A DNA stretch of 64,000 nt from the human T2T-CHM13v2.0 reference genome, Homo sapiens. A program made the position numbers and the translations under genes. Below, one piece after another: positions 32,201 to 48,633 of this stretch. Location: the NCBI RefSeq assembly GCF_009914755.1, contig NC_060927.1. One strand, given 5' to 3'. Positions within the stretch are counted from its first letter, which is position 1. Every line of letters starts with the position of its first letter. The notes under the pieces were generated by a model, which was given only the letters and a program-made list of their open reading frames with translations, had not been told where the DNA came from and made no database searches.

Positions 32201-33444
32201 AAGAGTCTTATTCATGTTGAACTAGCTTTCATTGGATGTTCAAAATGTCCTTTTGTTTTATAGATGTGTGATCATGAAATTCATGTCCATTGTTCATTGC
32301 TCACCATTGTACCCCTAAAGCCTAACTATATTACGCACAAGTCTCAACTATGTGTGAAATATTTGTTGAATGTGTTCTCAGAATCAGGTTTGTAAGCATG
32401 TGAGAGTTCCTCAGCACCACCATCAAAAAAAACGGAGAAGGGGAAGGGAAGGTATATAAAATGTCAGTGTTAAGAATTTGGCTTTTTTCCTGCACAAAAT
32501 TGAAGGAGATTCTGGAGTTGAATTAGACTTTAGGGGAAAACGGTAGGGATGGGGATAATTTTAAAAGCAACTTATTAAACTAGTCCAAATGAACACATTT
32601 TCACACCCATGGAAACAATCACATCTAGAGAAGAAAGACAACTTAGGTCTGCAAATACCGCATTAGTGATGAATGAAGACAGGTCCACATAAAAATGAAG
32701 ATATCCTAAAAACAGGAGAAAGCTAGTACTGTTCATTTGAAGTAACCAGACTTCAAGCCTGAAAGACTGGAGTCCTGGCTCACTCACTGGTTATATAACC
32801 TTGTATAATGCTTTGATGAGCTTTAGTCTTCTGATATATTAAAAATGTGATTATCCTTTCCTCACAGATTTTGAAGATTAGATGAAAGGAGTGACGTGGC
32901 AATCTTGAGAAGGGAAGGGGGCTTCAGGTGGCCACCAATTTAAAAATTGTGATAGCCAGCTGTGGTGGCGCAGGCTGAAGGCCTAGCTACTTGGGAGGCT
33001 GAGGCAGGAGGACCGCTTGAGGCTAGGGGTTCCAGGCTGCAGTATCCTCTGAGTGAGCCTAAGAATAACCACTGCACTCCTGGCTACATAGCAAAACCTC
33101 ATCTCAAAAGAAAAAGAAAAAGAGTAATAGAGAAATAGTGGGTAAAGTTGTGAAATGGTGGGTAAAGTTGTGCCTGGTCTCTGAATCTACTGTGAGCTTA
33201 TGAGACAGAAAGCTAGGACACTAGAAATAAAAGTAGTTTACAGGGCCTCATTAAAAAGAATTATTAACAAATGTACAATCTAGACATAAAGATATTGGAA
33301 TAACAGATACACTAAAGCACTCAAAAAGGAGCAGTAATGGGGCAGTCTGGGTCTTAGATTGACCCTTCCACTGAGAACAAGTAAATATCCTGGATAATAT
33401 AGCAGAAAGTGCAAAATACTCAAGACGAATAATGACTAAATTCA

Positions 33445-34125
<681 letters not shown>

Positions 34126-35249
34126 CACAGGTTTATGAAACAGGAGACAAAACCTAGGGATTGTCCAAGATGGGGAAGACTAAATGGCTCACCACAACAA
34201 AGCTAGGACCCCAGAGGATGATGGCCTCACTGAAACAGTGAACCAAAAATAAACCTATGCCTGTTGCCACCACACAGACTACAGAAAAAATGACTATTTC
34301 AAATTAGGCCAAAGAGAGAAAGAGGGAAGAAAGGAAGCTACAAAGAACTTGGAACTGGCTTGACATTGTAGCTCACATCTGTAATCCTGTGAGGAAAGGA
34401 TAATCACATGTTTAATACATTAGAAGATTAAAGCTCATCAAAGCATCAGAGCACTTTGGGAGGCCAAATGGGAGGATCACTTGAGTCCAAGAGTTCGAGA
34501 CCAGCCTGGGCAATATAACAACACCCCATCTCTGCAAAACAAAGAATGTGAAACCACCAACCTTCATGTATTTGTAGTCTGAAAGCCTCAAATGGATCAC
34601 TTAGTACATATTGATAGTGTCAACAGGCAGACACCAGGCAGGAGCAAATGCAGTACTCTGGATGACACATCTCTCAAATAATTCCCCTAAACATATATTA
34701 TATGGAATTTCTTATCTTTCTGGTCAAGATACAATAACAGTGACTGGATTTACACTTTCATCTGTTTTGAAGAGACAGAGCCAAGAGTCCAGGGAAACCA
34801 ATGCAGCTAGAGCTTGCTGAGGACAGAATACCAGAGAGAAAAGAGAGGCACAGAGTATTCCAGATATCTTTCGAGGGTCTTTCTCAAGTGAGTCTTTCTC
34901 AAGTGTTTAGATGGGTACTGGTGAATACATGTGTGTGAGGAAACTCCACAACACTGGGAAAAGAAACATTTGAAAAGGATTAGAGGGAGCATTGCTGAGG
35001 ACTCATAGGGCTGGAGAATAATTCCTGTTCCAACCAGCCAGACTGAAAAGATATTAATTCGTGAATCATTAGGTAGCATGCTTAGGAATGTTTTGCCTCA
35101 GTAGTAGAGAATAATTGGACCAAACTCAACACTGCCCTGGACTTGCCTAATAAATTACAAAAACAGGATCTAAAAGGATCAAACTATTTCCAAGTAATTT
35201 CATCCCAAAACAAAGCTGAAAACCATATATCCAAAAACACAAATTTACT

Positions 35250-35660
35250 CCTAACACCCACAACCTGTCAATGTGTTCTTATTGGCAAAAAAAAAAGTTT
35301 TTGCGGTTGTAGTTAAGGATTTCAAAATGATACCATTCTGGATTATCCAGGCGGGCCCAAATTCCAATGAGAAATGTCTTTGTAAGAGATACACAGAGTA
35401 GAGACACATGGGTGGAACAGTAAAATGCCATGTGAAAGTCAAGGCAGAGACTGGAATTATACAGCTGTGGGTGAGGGAATGCCTGGAGCCACCATAAGCT
35501 GGAAGACCCAAGGAAGGATTCTACCCTAGAAGAGGCATGGCCCTGTGAACACCTTGACTTCAGGCATCTGGCCTCCTGAAGCATGAGAGAATAAATGTTT
35601 GCTGTTTTAAGCCACCAAGTTCGTGGTAACTTGTTACAGCAGCCTTAGGAAACTAGTACA
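35250..35660 (+). mobile_element. MLT1-type MaLR LTR
   Basis: CTGGATTATCCAGGCGGGCCC ... GAGAATAAATGTTTGCTGTTTTAAGCCACCAAGT ... GTTACAGCAGCCTTAGGAAACTAGTACA. Confidence 0.75.
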
Positions 35661-36869
35661 CCAGGCATGCCAATAAGAAGGAAAATAACACCCACGATAA
35701 GTGAAAAGTCAATCAATTGAAACCAACTCCAAAATGGCACAGATGTTGCAATTAGCAGGCATGGATATAAGTTATTATAACTGTATGCCATTTGTTCAAA
35801 AGTTAGAGACATATATGATTTTTTAAAAGTAGTATCTTTTCATACCACAATGGAATAGAACTAGTAATCAATAGCAAGAGGAACATTGGAAATTGTACAA
35901 ATACATGGAAATTAAACAACATGCTCCTCAACAATCATAGGGTCAGTGAAGAAATTATAAAGGAAATCAAAAACTTCTTGAAACAAATGAAAATCAAAAT
36001 ATAACATACCAAAACCTATGGGATGCAGCAAAAGTGATACTAATAGGGAAATTTATAGTAATAAACTCCAAATAAACAACGTAACAATGCACTGCAAGAA
36101 ACTAGGAAATCCAGGACAAACTAAACTCAAAATTAATAGAAGCAAAAAAAATAAAGATCAGAGCAGAATTAACCAAGGTAGACACTAAAAAATACACATA
36201 GGAGCAATAAAACAAAAGGTTGTTTTTATGAAAAGATTTTAAAAGTCAATAAACCATTAGCTAGCCTAAACAAGAAAAAAGAGAGAAAATCCCAAAAAAA
36301 TCAGAAATGAAAAAGGAGACATTACAACAGATGCCACTAAAAAACAAAAGATCATTAGAGACTATTTGAACAACTATACCCTAACAAATTAGAAAACCTA
36401 GAGGAAATGGATAAACACGTGGACACTTACAACCCTACCAAGATTGGACTAGGAGGAAATAGAAAACCTGAACAGACAAATAACAAGTAGCAGGATTGAG
36501 TCAGTAATAAAAAGTCCCCCAAATGAAAAGCCCGGGACCAGATGGCTTCACTGCTGAATTCTACCAAACTTATAAAAAAGAATTAACACCAATTCTTCTC
36601 AAACTTTCAGAAAATTGAAGAGGAAGGAATTCTTTTTAACTCATTCCATGAGCCCAGCATTACCTGGATACCAAAATCAGAAAACACACAACAACAAAGA
36701 AGAAAACTATAGGCCAATATCCCTGATGAATGTAGATGTGAAAATCCTCAACAAAATACTAGCAAGCTGAATCAAACAACATATTTTTTTTTTTAAAAAA
36801 AGCACCATGATCAAGTGGGATTTATTCCAGGGATGCAAGGATGGTTCACACAGAAATCAATAAATGTGA

Positions 36870-36983
36870 AGCTTTGTGCAGAGGCAGTATCATAGCCAGT
36901 GAGGTTTAGCCACGTTGTGATTATTGCTAATTGAAAACTTTTCCCCATAGCTCACCGTGACGACTTGTAATACAGCAAGCATT
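36870..36983 (+). pseudogene. U4 snRNA retropseudogene, 3'-truncated
   Basis: AGCTTTGTGCAGAGGCAGTATCATAGCCAGTGAGG...ATTATTGCTAATTGAAAACTTTTCCC...CCGTGACGACTTG matches U4 nt 1 to ~114. Lacks the Sm site and 3' stem-loop. Short A-rich tail; TSD AATAAAT(G/A)TGA at 36859-36869 and 36992-37002. Confidence 0.92.
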
Positions 36984-37596
36984 AAAAATAAAATAAATAT
37001 GACACATTACCAACAGAATGAAGGAGAAATACCATATGATAACCTCAATAGATGGCCAAAAATTTTTTTGATAAATTTAACATCTCTTCATGATAAAACT
37101 TCTCAACAAATTAGGCATAGAAGAAACATATCTCAACAGAAGAAAGGCCCTGCTATGGTATGTATTTTTGTTCACCCCAAACATCATGTTGAAATTTTAT
37201 CAACAATGCTGGAGATGGGTTCTGATAGATGTTTGAGTCATGGGGAGCAGATCCCACTACTGAGTATGATAAATAGCCCACCGTGACGACTTGTAATACA
37301 GCAAGCATTAAAAATAAAATAAATATGACACATTACCAACAGAATGAAGGAGAAATACCATATGATTATCTCAATAAATGCCCCCCAAATTTTTCTGATA
37401 AAATTCCACATCTCTTCATGATAAAAATTCTCAACAAATTAGGCATAGAAGAAACATATCTCAACATAATAAAGGCCCTGCTATGGTATGTATTTTTGTT
37501 CCCCCCAAACATCATGTTGAAATTTTATCAACAATGTTGGAGATGGGTTCTGATAGATGTTTGAGTCATGGGGAGCAGATCCCACTACTGAGTATG
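36947..37596. repeat. ~326-bp diverged tandem duplication
   Basis: ATAGC(T/C)CACCGTGACGAC at 36947 and 37273; both copies end CCCACTACTGAGTATG. Confidence 0.92.
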
Positions 37597-38177
37597 TAGC
37601 CAATGGATATCAAGGAGATACCTGCACCCCCACGTTTTATGCAGCACTATTCACAATAGTAAAGATACAGGGTCAACTTAATGTCCATCAGTAGATGAAT
37701 GGGTAAAGAAAATGTAGTATAAGTACACAACGGAATACTATGAAGCCATGAAAAAGAAGGAAATTCTGTCATTTGTAGCAACATGGATGGAACTGAGGGC
37801 ATTATGTTAAGTGAAATAAGCCAGACCAGAAAGACAAACATTACATGTTCTCTCTCATATGTGGGTCCTAAAAATTGTTGATCTCAATGAGGTAAAGCAG
37901 AATGATGGTTACCAAAGATTGGGAAAGGTTGGGGACGGGGCAGGACGAGATAAAGTAAGGTTGGTTAATAAGTACAAACAGGCCAGGCACAGTGGCTCAC
38001 CCCTGTAATCCCAGCACTTTTGGGAGGCTGAGATGAGCAGATCACAAGGTCAGGAGTTCGAGACCAGGCTGACCAACATGTTGAAACTCTGTCTCTACTA
38101 AAAATACAAAAATAGGCTGGGCACGGTGGCTCACGTCTGTAATACTAGCACTTTGGGAGGCAGAGGAGGGTGGGTCA

Positions 38178-38488
<311 letters not shown>

Positions 38489-39146
38489 TCACTGTATATC
38501 TTAAAATAGCTAGAAGAGTTGAAGTGTTCCCAACACAAAGAAATAATACACATTTCAGGTGATGAATATCTTAAATACTCTGATTTGATCATTACATATT
38601 ATATGCATATATCAAAATGCCACAGGTACCCCATAAATATTTATAATTATTATGTATCAATAAAATAGATAAACATTTTTAAAAAGAATGTGAGTTTGGC
38701 AGTACCTTTTTCTACATGCACAAATTCAACCTGTATTCAATGGCTTCATCATTGAACTAATATGTCATTATAAGGTAATAATTTTTTTTAAATTCTAGAG
38801 TCATGATGACATTGATATATTATGAATTTTAAACAGGGAAACCTAATTCCCTTGCTATAATTAATCCTGTTCTATAAAATACAAAATAATTCTTGAAAAA
38901 TTTGTGTAAAATTATTTTCTTATGGCTGAAAGTCATTTAAAGTTCTTTCTTACAGAAGTACTTTTGTAGCTAAATCATGACCTCAGGTTCTCTCTTTTAC
39001 AATTTGAATTTTTTTCACCCATGTGTCTTTCTATGAAAATGCAACATGCCTAGATGCAAACAGTTTAACACCATTGTATAGGCCTGGAAATTAAATCCAA
39101 CTGTTTGACCTGGAGATTAGAACCAACCAATCAGCAGTGTGTCTAG

Positions 39147-39636
<490 letters not shown>

Positions 39637-41098
39637 TAGTAAAGACGGGTTTTCACTATGTTGGCCAGGCTGGTCTCAAACTCCTGACCTGAGGTGATCC
39701 ACCCACCTCGGCCTCCCAAAGTGCTGGAATTACAGGCGTGAGCCACCACCCACAGCTGTGTCTAGACATTTAATGACAGTATCCACTTATTGAATATGTC
39801 ATAATTTGTCATATTAATTTTACAAAGACTTTTATAATTAATGATATCTTCCATAGGGGTCCCAATTCCAAGAATATGGGTCAGTTCACAGATTGGCCTT
39901 AAATCTGTAATGATTATGTCTATGAAGTATTTGGAACCTCAGCATAGAGCCTGAGAAACGACGAAGACTGTGAGGCAGTGGACATGCACTTAGCTTTCTT
40001 GGTATTGTTTAGTCTGGAGCCCTTGACATTTCAGGCTCAGAACCAGGTTGGATCAGAAACAGGCTGACTTTCTGGCACCTTGACATTTGTTGTAGTATTC
40101 TTTGTGATTATCTGGCCTTGCAACACTGTCTCTGCCACAAAGTCCCACTCGCGGAGGCCCAGCCTCCTCAGGCTTTGGAAACAATCCCCTTAAGAGGTAA
40201 CATGATATGGTAGGACTGATTTCCAACTCCAATTCCTATTACTTCTGAGACCTTGAACAAATTATCTCACATTTTTTAGCTTTAATTTCTCATCTGAAAC
40301 ATTGGGTTAACAATACTTAGATATCACTAGATATCAAAGTTATTGTAAGACTAGACGAGGAAATTACTCTGTATTCAATATTCAGTAAGTGGACACTATC
40401 ATTAATGATAATTCTATCTATGAAAAGGGTAGTAGAACTGTAGTTAAGTATCTCATGGAACTCAGTGTGGAACTCATGTCAATTTTGCTAAAAAGTTTTA
40501 CCTCTGAGCTTTCCATTTTGGCAAGTTCCTAAACTCCCTGAAATAACCTTTAAACAATACAGGTAACTTCTTAAAGAAGAGAATACACGCTCATAAAACT
40601 GAGGCATGAACTATTATTCTCTCTGAGATGAAATAGATGCTACTTGGCCAGTGAGCATGAGAATGACCTATTGCAAATACAGTTATCAGAGTAACTGACC
40701 AATTTAAACAACTACACTAACAATGAGCAAACAACTTTCCATTTTTCTGAAAAAAGGAAGTGTACAAAATGTTTTTAATTTTGTTCAGATTTAAGCATAT
40801 GTAGTAACTTTGCTTTTCATCCTTATCAACAACTGTGTTGCTACCCCTTTGGGAAACTTTAACGTATTTGTCACATTATATCATATCTGTGCCTCTTTAA
40901 AAAATAATTACAATTATTTTTGTGCCTGCAATCTGCATTTAAATTGTGGTTATTTGTTGTTTCTTATATTGATCAATGCAATTTCTAGGTACTAAGTCAC
41001 TAAATAATAGACAATAAAAAATTGTGGAAGCATGAGGGGTTTTGCTGCAAGGAACCAAAAACATAAAGGTGTTATTTGGTGCTATTCAATGTACATAC

Positions 41099-42165
41099 CA
41101 GTGTTTGCAACATGTAATATTCCAGAAATTATTTTTGGCATCTCCTGGGAAGGGGAGCTCTCTGCCAACCCATCATGGGTATTTTTTCTTTTCCAATTCT
41201 TATGAGCATAAGGACTTTTAGGTTTGCCTTCCAATATACAAGTAACTGCAGAGCAGCCACTCCATTGAACCCTGGACACTTCTTTTCTTCCAAGACCTAA
41301 AAGCCTATCCATTCTCCAAAATGCTTTTGCAAAGGCTTTGTGTGTGTCCTCATACTCACACCTCACTGCTTCTGTTTTGTTTATGGCAGAAAAGAGGTCT
41401 TCTATTGCTGCGTATTCTTCTCTAAACACAGTGTAAAAGGAATTGATTATTTGTTGCTCATCAGTTGTCATTTGGTAAGAAGGATCAAATTTGGAAAGCT
41501 GATGGAGAAGTAAAACTGGGAGTTCCATTGATGTCAACTCTGCCGCTGAGGCACCGTGATGTCCATCAAACAAACCAAAAAAACACACATTAGGTTTGTT
41601 ACCAAAATTACTCACTACAGTGAATTTATCATTCATGTCAGCTTTCCATGTAGAATTCCTGTCTTCACAAATGCCCACTCCTTTAATTAACAGATGACAT
41701 ATTTTTTGAGAATATATGACACTCCTGTCAATGTTATCAAAAATCTTATAGTATGCTGGTATTTGTTTTTTCCAAAGCAGCTCAAAAGCATTATTAATGC
41801 TCTGTAGGGTTTTTTCAGTGAACATAAAAGATGACAATAGTTTAGAAATCATGAACTGTCTCTGAACAGCAATCACTGAGGGCTGTGGTTTCTTTCTACC
41901 CATCCATTGGAAACCCAGCGTGGCCAGAGCTACATGTTGCTTCTTATGGAGAAAAATACCAGTTAGGTCAATTTCGTGCTTGCATATGGAACAGGGTAAT
42001 GTGGTCCCTTGCTCATAGACCTGCTCCTCTTCATGGCGTTTGGTGTGTCTCACTGGTCTTGACTTTTTCTTTCTAAAACGTTTTCTTTTGGGTAAAAGTA
42101 GAATATCCTCATCTGAATCAAATGTTGATGTTTTCATATTCCATTCTCTTGATTTCCAAAACACT
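41099..42165 (-). CDS. PP2D1: PP2D1 exon 2, 1067 nt: basic N-terminus, Cys/His finger, N-terminal half of the PP2C-like domain
   Basis: Acceptor tcctgtttgcAG|A and donor ACT G|GTatgt. PPM motifs present: MND (motif 1), FFGLFDGHHG (motif 2), SGCSA (motif 4), LHVANTG (motif 5). Confidence 0.93.
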
Positions 42166-42493
42166 CTGCAAACAGGATGAAAGATATTTACATGCCAGGA
42201 TGATGCAGCGAAAATCTCTTCAAGCAGGCTGTTATCATTGCAATTTGATTTGGCTCCTCACAATCTTATATAAGCCTAGGATTAAATATTCTGAGTCATA
42301 TTTCTCAAAAAACATGTAAGTACTCAATTAACTGGTGATTGACCTGTGTCTCCCTGAAATAAATTAGGCGAAAATTCCAAAAAGTCAGCTAGACATCTAA
42401 GCAAATGCTCAGATAAATCAGCACAGTATTTTACCTTAGACATGCGAAAGTATGTATTTGAGACCTGAGATTCTGATTTCTAATATGGACATA

Positions 42494-44491
<1,998 letters not shown>

Positions 44492-44871
44492 TAATTACTT
44501 TTGTACTGCATTTCGTCTGCCTTAAAACACTTGTGTTCTAATTAGAGAGTTCACAAGAAAATGAATGGATTATGCCAAAACCCAGCAGAATAAGAAAAAG
44601 AATTGATAGTAAGGACAGAATTTTTTTAAAAACTACAACAAAGAGGTACAGGGCGAGGATAGGAAAGAAAAGATGTAGAGCTGGATGATATATTTCTGGA
44701 AAGCAGGCATCATTTTATACGCCTTCCTATCAGAAACATCTAGTACTGTACTCGGCACCTGGGGCCATTTTTATCCATTTCATGTACAATTTCTAGGGCA
44801 TGAGATATTTTCAAGGGCCTATGAAAAGTTAGAGACCAGAAAAAAAAATACTTTGGTTACAAAATATTTTA

Positions 44872-45018
<147 letters not shown>

Positions 45019-45241
45019 TTAAAAAAAGAAAATCAGGTGTGATGGTATGCATGCCTGTAGTCCGAGCTACTCAGGAGGCTGAGGTGGGAGGATTTCTTGA
45101 GCCTGGGAGGTGGAAGCTGCAGTGAGCCATGATTGCACCACGACACTCCAGCGTGGGCTACAGATCGAGACCCTGTCTCAAAAATAAATAAATAAATAAC
45201 TTTATATATACATTTTTTTTTTTTTAATTTATTTTTTTTGA

Positions 45242-45400
<159 letters not shown>

Positions 45401-46119
45401 TAGTAGAGACAGTGTTTCTCCATGTTGGTTAGGCTCGTCTTGAACTCCCGACCTCAGGTGACCTACCTGCCTCAGCCTCCCAAAGTGCTGGGATTACAGG
45501 CATTAGCCACTGTGCCCAGCCATAAATATTTATGAAATGTGACATTACAAAAACTAGTCAACTTCAACTCAGTTCATATATAAATTGTATTTGAGATGGG
45601 TACCTTTTAATGTGTTAGAGTAATGAGGGATGGAGCCTACGACACTAAGAATACTTGGAGCCTCTAAGTACTTAAAACATCTCAGACACATAATAGATAT
45701 TCAACAGTTGAGTATCTATTGATATTCTATAGATAGTTGGTAGTTAGATAAGAAATTAACCCACTTAATTATAATGACAATATGATAATAATAATGAAAT
45801 ATATTTTATTATAAAAGGTATGCATCGTCATGTTCTTAAGTTCAATGCAGAAGGATACAAAGTAGAAAACAAAAGAATGTTTTTGTCTTCCCACCCCACT
45901 TGAACCCGGGAGGTGGAGGTTGCGGTGAGCTGAGATCAAGCCATTGTACTCCAGCCTGGGCAACAAACCCCAGCCCCAATAGTAATTATGTTATCTATCT
46001 TTCCAAATATAAATTTGAATATAAGATCTTTTCTGGCCCTGTGCAGTGGCTCACGCATAATCCCAGCACTTTGGGAGGCCAAGGCAGGTGGGTCACTTGA
46101 GGTCAGGAGTTTGGGACTA

Positions 46120-46410
<291 letters not shown>

Positions 46411-46457
46411 CTAGGTCATGCACAGGAAGTTTGAATATGGAAAAACAAAACAATATA

Positions 46458-47452
46458 CATCGTCCCTAGGTATCTGTGGGGCTTGGTTCCAAGACCACCC
46501 TCTCCATGCATGGATACAAAAATCTAAGGATGCTTAGGTCCCTGATATAAATGGCGTAGTATTTGCATCTTCCTTGTATGTTGCCTCACTGTGTCACCCA
46601 GGAGTGCAGTGGCCTAGAACTCCTGGGCTCAAGCCATCCTCCCACCTCTGCCTCCATAGTAGCTGTAACTACAGGCGTGCACCACCACACCTGGCTAATT
46701 TTTTCATTTTTAGTAGAGATGAGTTTTTGCCATGTTGGCCAAGCTGGTCTTGAACTCCTGGCCTCATGTGATCCACCCGCCCTGCCTCAGCCTCCCAAAG
46801 CGCTAGGATTACAGGTGTGAGCTACTGCATCGGCCCTCCCGTATACTTGTTTATTTATTTATTTGAGACGGAGTCTTGCTCTGTCGCCCAGGCTGGAGTG
46901 CAGTTGTGTGATCTGGGCTCACTGCAACCTCTGCCTCCTGTGTTCAAGCAATTCTCTCGCCTCAGCCTCCCAAGTAGCTGGGATTACAGATGCCCGCCTA
47001 AAATATATATACGTATGTGTGTATATATATATACATATATATACACACATATATATGTATACACACACACACACGTATACACACACACACACACACACAC
47101 GTATATATATTGTATTTTTAGTAGAGATGAGTTTTCACCATGTTGGCCCAGGCTCGTCTTGAACTCCTGACTCAAGTGATCCGCCCAGCTCTGCCTCCCA
47201 AAGTCCTAGGATTACAGGCGTAAGCCACCGCACCCGGGCCCTCCTGTATACTTTAAATCATCTCTTGATAGAATATACATAATCAATGTAAATGCTATGT
47301 AAATAGTTCTTATACTGTATTTTTATTTGTATTATTTTATTGTTGTATTGGTTTATTAGTATTATTATTTTAGGAGGTATTTTGGGAATATTTTCTATCC
47401 AAAGTTGGTTGAATTCACAGATGCAGAACCTTCAGATATGGAGGACTGACTC
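46458..47452. mobile_element. MER2 MITE carrying two Alu insertions
   Basis: CATCGTCCCTAGGTATCTGTGGGG ... CAGATGCAGAACCTTCAGATATGGAGGACTGACT. Confidence 0.7.
47003..47110. repeat. (TA)n/(CA)n microsatellite expanded in an Alu linker
   Basis: Sits between the two arms of an antisense Alu (~46850-47240). Confidence 0.9.
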
Positions 47453-47477
47453 TGTTGTGAAAAATGTAGACTTAGGA

Positions 47478-48332
<855 letters not shown>

Positions 48333-48492
48333 AGACTTTGAATAAAAACAAAAACAAGTTGGTCGCGGTGGCTCACGCCTGTAATTCCAGCACTTTGGGA
48401 GGCCGAGGAGGGCGGATCACGAGGTCGGGAGTTTGAGACCAGCCTGACCAACATGGTGAAATCCGTCTCTACTAAAAATACAAAATTACCTA

Positions 48493-48633
<141 letters not shown>

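Noticed and set aside
33132-33171. 20-bp direct repeat GAAAT(A/G)GTGGGTAAAGTTGT (a similar 15-bp repeat is near 34878)
   Set aside because: Ordinary micro-duplication with no sign of function.
36957-37564. Two similar ORFs beginning MTTCNTASIK that suggest a gene pair
   Set aside because: By-products of the 326-bp duplication of U4/L1/MaLR sequence.
39841-40200. Non-Alu, moderately GC-rich stretch near PP2D1 exon 2 as an extra exon or pseudogene
   Set aside because: I could not find a convincing splice pair, ORF or recognisable homology by eye; a database search would be needed.
41082-42164. 360-aa and 265-aa (25452-26249) ORFs as separate genes
   Set aside because: They are exons 2 and 3 of PP2D1; the GTG 'starts' are internal Val codons and the splice phases join cleanly.
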